This document shows positions 11,616-20,648 of a stretch of 48,066 nt of DNA, one piece after another. The position numbers and the translations under genes were made by a program. Under the pieces are notes generated by a model, which saw only the letters and a list, made by a program, of their open reading frames with translations, was not told where the DNA came from and did not search any database. The DNA comes from Acidiferrobacterales bacterium (GTDB taxonomy: Bacteria; Pseudomonadota; Gammaproteobacteria; Acidiferrobacterales; UBA6901): contig DATEYP010000055.1 of NCBI GenBank assembly GCA_035256085.1, positions 1 through 48,066 on the forward strand. The letters are read 5' to 3'. Positions within the stretch are counted from its first letter, which is position 1. Each line of letters opens with the position of its first letter.

Positions 11616-12601
11616 AACGCATAAAACTGTCGCTCGCGGGAATTCTCATCGCCGGCCTCTGGCTTGCCAGCGTGGGTGCCGACGCCGGTAGTGGAAAAGT
11701 CCCCCGCATCGGCTACCTGACGCTCTCGCCGCTACTCGAACCTCCATCGCCCGAGCGCGCCGGCTTCCTCAAAGGTTTGCGCGAGCACGGTTACGAGGAC
11801 GGCAAGAACATTATCATTGAATACCGCTCGGCCGAGGGCGACCCGGAGGCGCTGCCGTTTGTTGCCGAGGCGCTGGTGGCCAGCGGTGTCCGGCTCGTGG
11901 TGACGGCCGGCTATCCGGCGATCAAGGCAGTGCAGGATGCGAGCGACGCTGTGCCGATCGTGCTGCTGTTCGCCGCCGATCCGGATGCGACCGGCTTCGC
12001 AAAGAGCCTCGCGCGACCTGGCGGCAACATCACAGGCATGTCGATGCAGAACCGGGAGCTTGGTGCGAAACGCCTTGAGCTGCTGAAAGAGGCGGTGCCG
12101 GACATTCGACGTGTGGCGGTGCTGTGGGATTCGTCCAACCCGGTTCTAAAGCCGGAGTGGGAATCCACGCAGATGGCCGGACGCCGGCTGGGGATTCAGT
12201 TTATTTCTGCGGATGGCGCCAACGAGCCAAATTTCGAAAAGGCATTTGCACTGATTGTGAAGGCGCGGCCCGATGCGCTTGTCACATTCGTGGACCTGCG
12301 CCTGGCGAGCTACCGCCAGATCATTCCCGAGTTCGCCATCAAGCAGCGGTTGCCGACAATGTTCGCGCTGACGGCGTTTGTCGAGTCTGGAGGCTTCATG
12401 TCGTATGCGCCGGATTTCGAGGACCTGAGCCGCCGCTCGGCCGGATACGTGGACAAGATACTCAAGGGCGCCAACCCCGCGGAGCTGCCGATCCAGCAAC
12501 CCACGCACTATAAACTGGTGGTCAACCTCAAGACCGCCAAGATGCTCGGACTCAAACTCCCGGAGCGCATCCTGCAGCGCGCGGACAAGGTGATCGAATG
12601 A
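11612..12601 (+). CDS. PF04392-family substrate-binding protein (paralogue 2, class II)
   Basis: 329 aa with ATGA overlap to the upstream gene. Motifs are PRIGYL..SPL.EPPSPERAGF, IEYRSAEGDPE and LPIQQP...NLKTAK. Resembles paralogue 7. Confidence 0.9.
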   Translation: MKRIKLSLAGILIAGLWLASVGADAGSGKVPRIGYLTLSPLLEPPSPERAGFLKGLREHGYEDGKNIIIEYRSAEGDPEALPFVAEALVASGVRLVVTAGYPAIKAVQDASDAVPIVLLFAADPDATGFAKSLARPGGNITGMSMQNRELGAKRLELLKEAVPDIRRVAVLWDSSNPVLKPEWESTQMAGRRLGIQFISADGANEPNFEKAFALIVKARPDALVTFVDLRLASYRQIIPEFAIKQRLPTMFALTAFVESGGFMSYAPDFEDLSRRSAGYVDKILKGANPAELPIQQPTHYKLVVNLKTAKMLGLKLPERILQRADKVIE

Positions 12602-13581
12602 AACACATGCCCCTGTTGCTGATGGCAATCCTGGTCGCCGGTATCGGGCTCGCCGGCGCAGCCGCTGCCGCCCGTAGCGAGAAAATCCCGCGAGTCGGTT
12701 TCCTCGTGCTCGATGAGCGCCACTGTCGCAACGAGGCCTTCGCCGGGGGCCTGCGTGATCTCGGCTACATCGAGGGCAAGAACATCGTGGTCGAGTGTCA
12801 CCACGCCGGCGGGCGCGACGAGCGGCTCCCGCAGGTCGCCGAGGCGCTCGCGCGCAGCCGGCCAGATGTCATTGTCGCGCTCAACCATATCTGGGCGCAG
12901 GCGGCGCAACAGGCCACGAAGGACATCCCGCTCGTCGTCATCTCCAGCGGCGACCCGATTGCGTCAGGTTTCGCGGTGAGCCTCGCACGTCCCGGAGGTA
13001 ACATTACGGGTTTAACCTATTTCGCCACCGAGCTTAATGCCAAGCGCCTCGAATTCTTGAGAGCGCTCGTACCCGGCCTCAAGCGCGTCGCAGTGCTTAA
13101 AAATCCCAAATCTCCCCGCATTCTCAACGATGCCTACCTGCGGGAGGTGCGCGTTGCGGCCGAGGCCTTCGGGATCGAGCTTGTCGTCGTGGAGGCGACC
13201 AACGAGCCTGAGCTCGAGCGGGCCTTCGAGCAGATCGTGCAGGCCAAGGCGCAGGCCGTTTACATCCTCGCGACCCTCGTCTTTGCCGAGATGGGGCAGA
13301 CGATCGCCGACCTCGCGAAATGGAACAATCTGCCGACCATGCATTTCCACAAGCGCTATTCCATGCTCGGCGGTCTGATGGCTTACGCGCCCGACTACGA
13401 TACCTTGCATCGCCGCAGCGCAACGTATGTGGACAAGATTCTGAAGGGCGCCAAACCGGCGGACCTGCCGATCGAGCAGCCGGAACGCTTCGAGCTTGCG
13501 ATCAATCTCGCCACCGCGCGGGATCTCGGGTTGAAAGTCCCCCAGTCACTCTTGCTGCGCGCGGACAAGGTGATCGAATGA
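12598..13581 (+). CDS. PF04392-family substrate-binding protein (paralogue 3, class I)
   Basis: 327 aa with ATGA overlap and a signal peptide. It has RHCRNEAF / VVECHHAGG and ends RADKVIE. Confidence 0.9.
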   Translation: MKHMPLLLMAILVAGIGLAGAAAAARSEKIPRVGFLVLDERHCRNEAFAGGLRDLGYIEGKNIVVECHHAGGRDERLPQVAEALARSRPDVIVALNHIWAQAAQQATKDIPLVVISSGDPIASGFAVSLARPGGNITGLTYFATELNAKRLEFLRALVPGLKRVAVLKNPKSPRILNDAYLREVRVAAEAFGIELVVVEATNEPELERAFEQIVQAKAQAVYILATLVFAEMGQTIADLAKWNNLPTMHFHKRYSMLGGLMAYAPDYDTLHRRSATYVDKILKGAKPADLPIEQPERFELAINLATARDLGLKVPQSLLLRADKVIE

Positions 13582-14582
13582 GAGAAACGGCGAGAAACCG
13601 CAGATGGCAGTGGGGGGCGAGCGCGCTGATCTTGTGCGTCCCGGTATTGCTCCCCGCCGGCGCTTGGGCGGAGCCGAAGGCGGAACCGCCACGCATCGGC
13701 GTCCTCTCGTTCGACGAGCCGAATTGTCGCAGGAAGCCCTTCCTCGAGGGGCTGCTCGATCTTGGCTATATCGAAGGCAGAACCGTTGTGATCGAGTGCC
13801 AGCACGCGGGGGGCGATTACAGTAGGTTTCAGACGGCGGCCGATTTACTCGCGCGCAGCAAGCCGGCGATGATCGTTGCGTTCGGCAACCCGGCAACGAA
13901 AGCGGCCCAACGGGCTACCAAGGACATCCCAATCGTGATGCTAGGGAGCGGCGAGCCGGTGGAGTCCGGTTTCGCCGCGAGCTTTTCGCGGCCTGGCGGA
14001 AACCTTACGGGCATCTCGTATTACACGATCGAGCTCAATGCCAAACGGCTGGAACTCCTCAAGTCCGTTGTCCCACGGCTGCGCCGCGTCGCTGTCCTCG
14101 TGGACCCCGGGTTGCCTGAAGAAAACACCCAAGCGTTCCTTCGGGACATTCGCCAGGCGGCCACGGTGTTCGGCCTCGAAATCATTGCGGTCGAGTCAAA
14201 GGGCGCGGTCGATCTCGAACGCGCATTCGATGAAATCAAGAAGGCCAATGCGCAGGCCGTTCTGGTCTTGTCTTACATCGCCTTCATGCGAGATGCACAG
14301 GAACTTGCTGACATCACGAAATGGCGCGGGCTGCCATCGATTCATGCTTTCGCGTACTACCCCGCTCTCGGCGGATTGATGAGTTACGGGCCGGATTTCT
14401 GGCTGCTGCAACGCCGCGCCGCCGTTTACGTCGACAAGATTCTGAAGGGCGCCAAACCGGCGGAGCTTCCGATCGAGCAGCCGACCCGGTTCGAGTTCAG
14501 CATCAATCTCCAGACCGCCCGCGAGCTCGGGCTGAAGGTGCCGCAGGCGCTGCTGGAACGCGCGGACAGGGTGATCGAGTGA
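13578..14582 (+). CDS. PF04392-family substrate-binding protein (paralogue 4, class I)
   Basis: The track ORF from 13320 is read-through inside paralogue 3. ATG 13578 (ATGA overlap) gives MRETARNRRWQWGASALILCVPVLLPAGAWA (334 aa). It has PNCRRKPF / VIECQHAGG and ends RADRVIE. Confidence 0.88.
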   Translation: MRETARNRRWQWGASALILCVPVLLPAGAWAEPKAEPPRIGVLSFDEPNCRRKPFLEGLLDLGYIEGRTVVIECQHAGGDYSRFQTAADLLARSKPAMIVAFGNPATKAAQRATKDIPIVMLGSGEPVESGFAASFSRPGGNLTGISYYTIELNAKRLELLKSVVPRLRRVAVLVDPGLPEENTQAFLRDIRQAATVFGLEIIAVESKGAVDLERAFDEIKKANAQAVLVLSYIAFMRDAQELADITKWRGLPSIHAFAYYPALGGLMSYGPDFWLLQRRAAVYVDKILKGAKPAELPIEQPTRFEFSINLQTARELGLKVPQALLERADRVIE

Positions 14583-15562
14583 ACGCCGCATACCGACAGA
14601 TTACTGTCTTTCTGTTTAGCATCCTTGCGCTCAACGCCTACGCCGAAGGCAAAGCGCCCGCGCGTGTCGGGTTTCTCGCGTGGGATGCCGGCTCTTGCCG
14701 CAGCGAGGCGTTTATCTCAGGATTGCGCGATCTCGGTTATGTCGAAGGCAAAAACATCGTGGTTGAATGCCACCACGCCGGTGGGCGTTACGAGGGGCTT
14801 GTCCCGGCCGCTGCCGAGGCCGCACGGCGCAAGCCGGATGTGATCGTGGCCATCACGCACACCTATGCCGAAGCGGCAAAGCGCGCCACCCGGGACATCC
14901 CCATCGTGATGATCGTCGGCGGCGATCCGGTCGCCGCCGGTCTGGTCGCGAACCTTGCGCGTCCCGGCGGGAACATCACCGGTGTCGGCCACTTCAGCCC
15001 GGAGCTTAACGCCAAGCGCCTGGAGCTGCTCCGATCGGTCGCACCGCACATCAAGCGCGTGGCGGCGCTTTCCTTTCATGAAGGCCCTAACAACCCGTCG
15101 AGGATGGATGACCTTTTTGTGCGTGAAAGCGAGACGGCGGCCAGGGCCTTGGGCCTCGAGCTGCGGATCGTCGAGGTGCGGGGGCCGGACGACCTCGACC
15201 GCGCGTTCGCTGAGATCGCCGGGGCGCGGGCCGACGCGCTGGACATCCTGCCAAACCGCCTCTTTGCCGCGGAGGCGCAGCGCATCGCCGATCTGGCGAT
15301 GTGGCAGCGCCTGCCGGCGATCCATTGGTACAAGCCGTTCCCGGCGATGGGTGGCCTGATGGCCTACGGTGTGGACTATGATGCTGTGCATCGCCGCGCC
15401 GCAGTGTACGTGGACAAGATCCTTAAGGGCGCGAAGCCGGGCGATCTGCCGATCGAACAGCCGCCACGGTTCGAGCTGACCATCAACCTCAAGGCCGCGC
15501 ACGAGCTGGGGTTGAAGGTCTCGCAGCCGCTGCTGCTGCGTGCGGATAAGGTGATCGAATGA
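14579..15562 (+). CDS. PF04392-family substrate-binding protein (paralogue 5, class I)
   Basis: GTG 14579 overlaps the preceding stop (GTGA). It gives VNAAYRQITVFLFSILALNAYAEG (327 aa). It has GSCRSEAF / VVECHHAGG and ends RADKVIE. Confidence 0.85.
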   Translation: MNAAYRQITVFLFSILALNAYAEGKAPARVGFLAWDAGSCRSEAFISGLRDLGYVEGKNIVVECHHAGGRYEGLVPAAAEAARRKPDVIVAITHTYAEAAKRATRDIPIVMIVGGDPVAAGLVANLARPGGNITGVGHFSPELNAKRLELLRSVAPHIKRVAALSFHEGPNNPSRMDDLFVRESETAARALGLELRIVEVRGPDDLDRAFAEIAGARADALDILPNRLFAAEAQRIADLAMWQRLPAIHWYKPFPAMGGLMAYGVDYDAVHRRAAVYVDKILKGAKPGDLPIEQPPRFELTINLKAAHELGLKVSQPLLLRADKVIE

Positions 15563-16545
15563 GATCGCGCTTGTTCTTCTTTCTGATCCTGCTCGCGGGC
15601 AGCTTGCCTGCGTCGTCCGCCGGAGGTGCCGATACGACCGCCCGAAAGATCCCTCACATCGGCCTGCTCGAGCCCGATGAGCGGTACTGCCGCAACGAAC
15701 CCTTTATCGCCGGCCTGCGTGAGCTCGGCTACATCGTAGGCAAAAACATCGTGATCGAGTGCCGACACGCGAGTGGGCGCTATGAGGACCTGCCACTTAT
15801 CGCCCGAGAACTGGTCAGCCAGAGGCCCGATGTGATTGTGCCCCGCTCCCATCCGGTGGCCGAGGTGGCGCGCCAGGCCACGCGCGACATCCCGATCGTG
15901 TCGATCGTGAGTGGCGATCCGGTGGCCGCTGGGTGGGCAACGAGTCTGGCGCGGCCGGGAGGCAATCTCACGGGCATGACTTACTTCGCCTGGGATCTCT
16001 ATGCAAAGCGGCTCGAGCTGCTCAAGGCGGTGGTGCCCGACCTCAAGCGCGTCGGTCTGTTGATGGAGCCCAAACCGTCAAAGACCCTGAACGAGATGTA
16101 CTTGAGCGTGAACCGCGCGGCGGCCAAGGAGCTGGGGCTCGAGCTGGTGGTGATCGAAACCAACGACAGGGCGGAAATCGAGCGGGCGTATGAGGCGATG
16201 GCGGATGCGAACATCCAGGCCGTGCACGTTCTGGGATACCTGCTGTTTAGCGAGGAGGCGCAGCTGATCGCCGATCTGGCGATGCTGCACAACCTGCCGA
16301 CGATGCATTTCCTGCATGAGTTCTCCTCCATGGGCGGCCTCATGGGATACGGACCCGATTACCCGACGTTGCGGCGACGCCTGGCCGTGTACGTGGACAA
16401 GATCCTGAAGGGCGCCAAACCGGCGGACCTGCCGATCGAGCAGCCGACGCGGCTCGTGTTCTCGATCAATCTCGCGACCGCGCGCGAGCTGGGGCTGAAA
16501 GTTCCGGAGTCGCTGCTGTTGCGCGCCGACAAGGTGATCGAATGA
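15559..16545 (+). CDS. PF04392-family substrate-binding protein (paralogue 6, class I; close copy of paralogue 1)
   Basis: 328 aa with ATGA overlap. Long identical runs are shared with paralogue 1, e.g. SGDPVAAGWATSLARPGGNLTG, YFAWDLYAKRLELLKAVVP and LIADLAMLHNLPTMHFLHEF. Confidence 0.9.
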   Translation: MRSRLFFFLILLAGSLPASSAGGADTTARKIPHIGLLEPDERYCRNEPFIAGLRELGYIVGKNIVIECRHASGRYEDLPLIARELVSQRPDVIVPRSHPVAEVARQATRDIPIVSIVSGDPVAAGWATSLARPGGNLTGMTYFAWDLYAKRLELLKAVVPDLKRVGLLMEPKPSKTLNEMYLSVNRAAAKELGLELVVIETNDRAEIERAYEAMADANIQAVHVLGYLLFSEEAQLIADLAMLHNLPTMHFLHEFSSMGGLMGYGPDYPTLRRRLAVYVDKILKGAKPADLPIEQPTRLVFSINLATARELGLKVPESLLLRADKVIE

Positions 16546-17552
16546 GCACCGGGACCAGAAACCGAATGCGACGATCGGGCGCGGCGGCGCTGGTCCTGAG
16601 TTGCGCGGCGCTGCTCGCGTTTGCCGCGCAGGCGCAGCCGCCGGCGTCGGTCCCGCGCATCGGCTATCTTGTGCACTCGCCACTGACCGATCCGCCGTCG
16701 CCCGAGCGCGCCGGCTTTCTCCAGGGCCTGCGCGAGCTCGGCTACGAGGATGGCAAGAACATCGTCATCGAGTATCGTTCGGCCGAGGGCGACCCCGAGA
16801 TGCTGCCGTTCCTCGCGCAGGAGCTGGTGGAGCTCAAGGTGAAGGCCATTGTCGGGCTCGGCTCACCGGTGATCCGCGCCGCGCGGCAGGCGAGCAGTAC
16901 TGTTCCCATCGTCATGCTGTTTGCCGCCGACCCGGTCACGCTCGGCTTCGTGCACTCGCTCGCGCGCCCGGGCACCAACGTTACCGGCATGACGCATATG
17001 CCGGCGCAGCTCGGCCCCAAGCGACTTGAGCTGCTTAAGACCGCGCTGCCTCGTGTGGCGCACGTGGCAGTGGTCTGGGACGCGACGAACCCCGGGGTCG
17101 TGCCGGAGTGGAAGGCAATCGAGTCCGCGGCGCCTCGGCTCGGTGTGCGACTGAGCGCGGTGGATCTGTCGAAAATAAAGGACACAGATGCGCTGGGCGC
17201 GCGTCTGAACGTCCTGCGGCCGGACGCCATCACGACCATTATCGATCCGCACGTCGCGGCCTACCGCCAGTTCCTTCCGCGGTTCGCGCTCGAGCGGCGC
17301 ATCCCGACGATGTTCGATTGGAAACCCTTCGCCGAGGCGGGCGGCCTCATGTCCTATGTGCCCGATTTCCCGGACATGGCGCGGCGCGCGGCGGGGCATG
17401 TGGACAAGATCCTCAAGGGCGCGGACCCGGCGGAGTTGCCGATCCAGCAGCCGACCGAGGTACTGCTCACCGTCAATCTCAAGACCGCGAAGGCGCTCGG
17501 GATCGCTTTCCCGCAACCCATCCTGTTGCGCGCCGACAACGTAATCGAATGA
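16542..17552 (+). CDS. PF04392-family substrate-binding protein (paralogue 7, class II)
   Basis: 336 aa with ATGA overlap. Motifs are VPRIGYLVHSPLTDPPSPERAGF, IEYRSAEGDPE and LPIQQP...NLKTAK. It ends RADNVIE. Confidence 0.9.
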   Translation: MSTGTRNRMRRSGAAALVLSCAALLAFAAQAQPPASVPRIGYLVHSPLTDPPSPERAGFLQGLRELGYEDGKNIVIEYRSAEGDPEMLPFLAQELVELKVKAIVGLGSPVIRAARQASSTVPIVMLFAADPVTLGFVHSLARPGTNVTGMTHMPAQLGPKRLELLKTALPRVAHVAVVWDATNPGVVPEWKAIESAAPRLGVRLSAVDLSKIKDTDALGARLNVLRPDAITTIIDPHVAAYRQFLPRFALERRIPTMFDWKPFAEAGGLMSYVPDFPDMARRAAGHVDKILKGADPAELPIQQPTEVLLTVNLKTAKALGIAFPQPILLRADNVIE

Positions 17553-17673
17553 AATGGCCCGCACAGGTGTGCACTGGCGCGGCGCTGGTGCCGGGAACCG
17601 GTTACACCATCGGCGTATCGGCTATCTCGTGCTTCCGCCCTTGCTCGATCGTCCTTCTCCCAGGCGCGGATGA
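17549..17673 (+). pseudogene. 5' remnant of an eighth (class II) PF04392 paralogue
   Basis: ATG 17549 overlaps the stop of paralogue 7 (ATGA) and encodes the signal-like MKWPAQVCTGAALVPGTG. In a shifted frame, 17614-17673 reads RIGYLVLPPLLDRPSPRRG*, which matches PRIGYLVHSPLTDPPSPERAGF of paralogue 7. It is then truncated. Confidence 0.6.
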
Positions 17674-17755
17674 GCTGATCCAGTAAGCGCAGTAATATAT
17701 TATGGATTCGCGAGTCGGCGTTCCGCATCGCTTGGCGGCTGTTCCCGGAGGGACG

Positions 17756-20041
17756 ATGATCTTCCTGCGAAGGCTGCAAGGGAAGCTGTACAGCAAGTAC
17801 GCGGTCTACTTTGTCGCCTTGGTGAGCGCGGCGCTGCTCGCGAGTGGCGGCCTCGGCCTCTATTTTGCCTACCACGAGACGGGCGCGGCGTTGTTCGCGT
17901 TGCAGCGCGAGAAGGCATCGGGGGCCGCCGAGCGCATCGAGCAGTTCATGCGAGATATCGAGCAGCAGATCGGTTGGTCCCATTCGCCGGCGTTGCGCGA
18001 CACCCGGGCGCACGAGCAGCGTTACCTCGATTTTCTGCGCCTGCTGCGCCAGGCACCGGCGGTGACAGAGGTGCTGTGGCTCGACGCCAGTGGGCGCGAG
18101 CAGCTCAAGGTGTCGCGCCTCGGGATGGATCGCTTCGGGAGCGGGGCGGACTTCTCGGGCGACGTGCGATTTCTCGAGCCGCGCAAGGGCGCGACCTGGT
18201 TCAGTCCGGTCTACTTCCACAAGGAGACCGAACCCTACATGACGATCGCGATGCCAACGGGCCGGGACGGCGGCGCGACCATGGCCGAGGTGAACCTGAA
18301 GTTCGTCTGGGACGTGGTGTCGCGCATCCAGGTCGGCGCCACCGGCTACGCCTACGTCGTGGACGCGAGCGGCCGGCTCGTGTCGCACCCGGACATCAGC
18401 CTCGTGTTGCAGAACACCGACCTTTCGGCGCTGCCACAGGTGCGCGCGGCGCTGGCACCGGGGTCACTTGCGATTGCCGGAGCGCCGGATTCCGGCGAGG
18501 GACGCGATCGCGCGGGCCGGCCGGTGCTCGCGGCGTTTGCCCCCATCGCCAAGCTGGGCTGGATCGTGTTCGTGGAGCAGCCGCTCGCCGACGCCTACGC
18601 ACCGCTCTATTCCTTCACGGCGCGCATGGGCCTGTTGCTGCTGCTCGGACTGATCCTGTCGGTGGCCGCCGGCCTGCTGCTGGCGCGACGCATGGCGACG
18701 CCGATCAAGGCATTGCAGGCCGGCGCCGCCCAAGTGGGTGCCGGAGCACTCGACCACCGCATCGAGATACAAACGGGTGACGAACTCGAAGCCCTGGCCG
18801 AGGAGTTCAACCGCATGGCCGGACGCCTGCGCGATTCGTACGCCGGGCTCGAGCAGAAGGTCGACGCGCGCACGCGCGAGCTCGCAGCGGCCAATCAGGC
18901 CAAGTCACGCTTTCTTGCCGCGGCGAGTCACGACCTGCGCCAGCCGATGCACGCACTGGGGCTCTTCATTGCACAGCTGCGTGAGCGCGTGACCGAACCC
19001 GGGATGCTGGCGCTCGTCGGCAAGACCGAGTCGGCGGTGACGGCACTGCAGGAACTGCTCGATGCGCTGCTGGATGTCTCGCGGCTTGACGCCGGCATCG
19101 TGACCGCGACCATCACCGATTTCCGGCTTCAGCCGCTGTTCGCCCGGCTCGAGGCAGCATTCGCGCCGCAAGCCGAGCGCAAGGGATTGTGGCTGCGCGC
19201 CGCGCCGACCCGTCTCGCCGTGCGCAGCGACCCGGTGCTGGTTGAGCGCATCCTGCTCAACCTGCTTTCGAATGCGGTGCGCTATACCGAGCGTGGCAGC
19301 ATACTGATCGGTTGCCGGCGCCACGGACCGTACGTGTGCATCGAAGTGTGGGACAGCGGCGCCGGAATTGCACCGGAGTACTGCGAGGCGGTCTTCCAGG
19401 AGTTTTACCAGCTCAGCAACCCCGAGCGTGACCGGCGCAAGGGCTTGGGGCTGGGTCTTGCCATCGCGGCGCGCCTCGCGCGACTGCTCGACAGCCGCAT
19501 CGATCTGCGATCACGGCCGGGTAAGGGTTCGGTGTTTTCGATCGAGCTGAAGCGCGGCACGCCGCAAGCGGAAGCCGCGGCGGCCGGTGTGATCATACCC
19601 ACCGCAGTACTCCAGGGAGCGCGGGTGCTGGTCGTGGACGATGACGCATTGGTGCTCGATGCGATGGCCAGCCTGCTGACGCAGTGGGGCTGCCGGGTCA
19701 TCACCGCCGTGAACGGCACGGAGGCGCTCGAGCGGATCAGCGAGAGAGCGGGTGCGCCCGATGTCCTGCTCTGCGACTACCGGTTGCCAGACAACGAGAA
19801 CGGCGTGGACGTGATCGCGCGGTTGCGCGTGGCGGCGGGCCGGCAGATCCCGGCCACGCTGATCACCGGCGACACCGGGCCGGAGCGTCTACGCGAAGCG
19901 CGCGCGGCCGGCTACCCCTTGCTCCACAAACCGCTGCAAGCGGCGAAGCTGCGCGCCCTGCTCGAACAATTGCTGGCGACGCGCGTTAGTGTTTCGGTGC
20001 CGGCGAACGCGACGAATCAGGCGCAAGACCGAGGCGGTTGA
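17756..20041 (+). CDS. Hybrid sensor histidine kinase/response regulator with periplasmic Cache-like domain
   Basis: ATG 17756 follows SD GGAGGGA (the track ORF opens at 17702). Layout is TM, Cache-like region (VYFHKETEPYMTIAMP...GYAYVVDASGRLVSHPD), TM and HAMP. H-box is FLAAASHDLRQP, HATPase motifs are DSGAGI and GLGLGLAI, and a C-terminal REC domain follows (VLVVDDD...LLCDYRLP...LHKP). Confidence 0.92.
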   Translation: MIFLRRLQGKLYSKYAVYFVALVSAALLASGGLGLYFAYHETGAALFALQREKASGAAERIEQFMRDIEQQIGWSHSPALRDTRAHEQRYLDFLRLLRQAPAVTEVLWLDASGREQLKVSRLGMDRFGSGADFSGDVRFLEPRKGATWFSPVYFHKETEPYMTIAMPTGRDGGATMAEVNLKFVWDVVSRIQVGATGYAYVVDASGRLVSHPDISLVLQNTDLSALPQVRAALAPGSLAIAGAPDSGEGRDRAGRPVLAAFAPIAKLGWIVFVEQPLADAYAPLYSFTARMGLLLLLGLILSVAAGLLLARRMATPIKALQAGAAQVGAGALDHRIEIQTGDELEALAEEFNRMAGRLRDSYAGLEQKVDARTRELAAANQAKSRFLAAASHDLRQPMHALGLFIAQLRERVTEPGMLALVGKTESAVTALQELLDALLDVSRLDAGIVTATITDFRLQPLFARLEAAFAPQAERKGLWLRAAPTRLAVRSDPVLVERILLNLLSNAVRYTERGSILIGCRRHGPYVCIEVWDSGAGIAPEYCEAVFQEFYQLSNPERDRRKGLGLGLAIAARLARLLDSRIDLRSRPGKGSVFSIELKRGTPQAEAAAAGVIIPTAVLQGARVLVVDDDALVLDAMASLLTQWGCRVITAVNGTEALERISERAGAPDVLLCDYRLPDNENGVDVIARLRVAAGRQIPATLITGDTGPERLREARAAGYPLLHKPLQAAKLRALLEQLLATRVSVSVPANATNQAQDRGG

Positions 20042-20648
20042 CGGCGACGATGGCCTGCGCGCGGCTCGCTACCTTGAGGGTGCGCAGGATGGCGGTGACA
20101 TGGATCTTGACCGTCGCCTCGGCAATGTTCAGCTCGCGACAGATCTGTTTGTTCGACTTGCCCTGCGCCATCAGCGCCAGCACGTCGCGCTGGCGGTCCG
20201 TGAGGACCACTTCCGCAGCCGAGGCGGGCGCAGCGCCGAAGGCCTCGTCCGTGCCGATCAACGCTGCGGGCGGGAGATAGCGACCGCCGGCCAGCACCAA
20301 GTGCAGCGCGCTCAACATGACCTCGTTGGTTGACGACTTGGGGATGAATCCCATCGCGCCACTGACAAGTGCCTCGCGCACCGTGGCCGGATCCTCGAGC
20401 GCCGAGAGCACCACCACCGGCAGCGACGGGTAATCACGGCGCAATTCCGGCAGTAACACCAGTCCGCCGACTCCCGGGAGACTGAGATCGAGCAGTAACA
20501 GGTCGAGATCGGGATGCTCGGCGATGGCGAGTCGCGTGCCATCGCAGTCCGCGGCCTCCAGTACGTTCACACCTGATCCAAGCTGTGCGAGTACGTGCCG
20601 CAAGGCTTCGCGAATCAACTCATGGTCGTCAGCGACCAGTATCTTCAC
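19986..20648 (-). CDS. LuxR/NarL-family response regulator (REC + HTH)
   Basis: GTG 20648 is preceded by GGGGAGGGA (the track ORF extends to 20720). REC motif is KILVADDHELIREAL...LLLLDLSLPG. LuxR HTH is LTDRQRDVLALMAQGKSNKQICRELNIAEATVKIHV. Confidence 0.9.
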   Translation of the reverse strand: MKILVADDHELIREALRHVLAQLGSGVNVLEAADCDGTRLAIAEHPDLDLLLLDLSLPGVGGLVLLPELRRDYPSLPVVVLSALEDPATVREALVSGAMGFIPKSSTNEVMLSALHLVLAGGRYLPPAALIGTDEAFGAAPASAAEVVLTDRQRDVLALMAQGKSNKQICRELNIAEATVKIHVTAILRTLKVASRAQAIVAVNRLGLAPDSSRSPAPKH

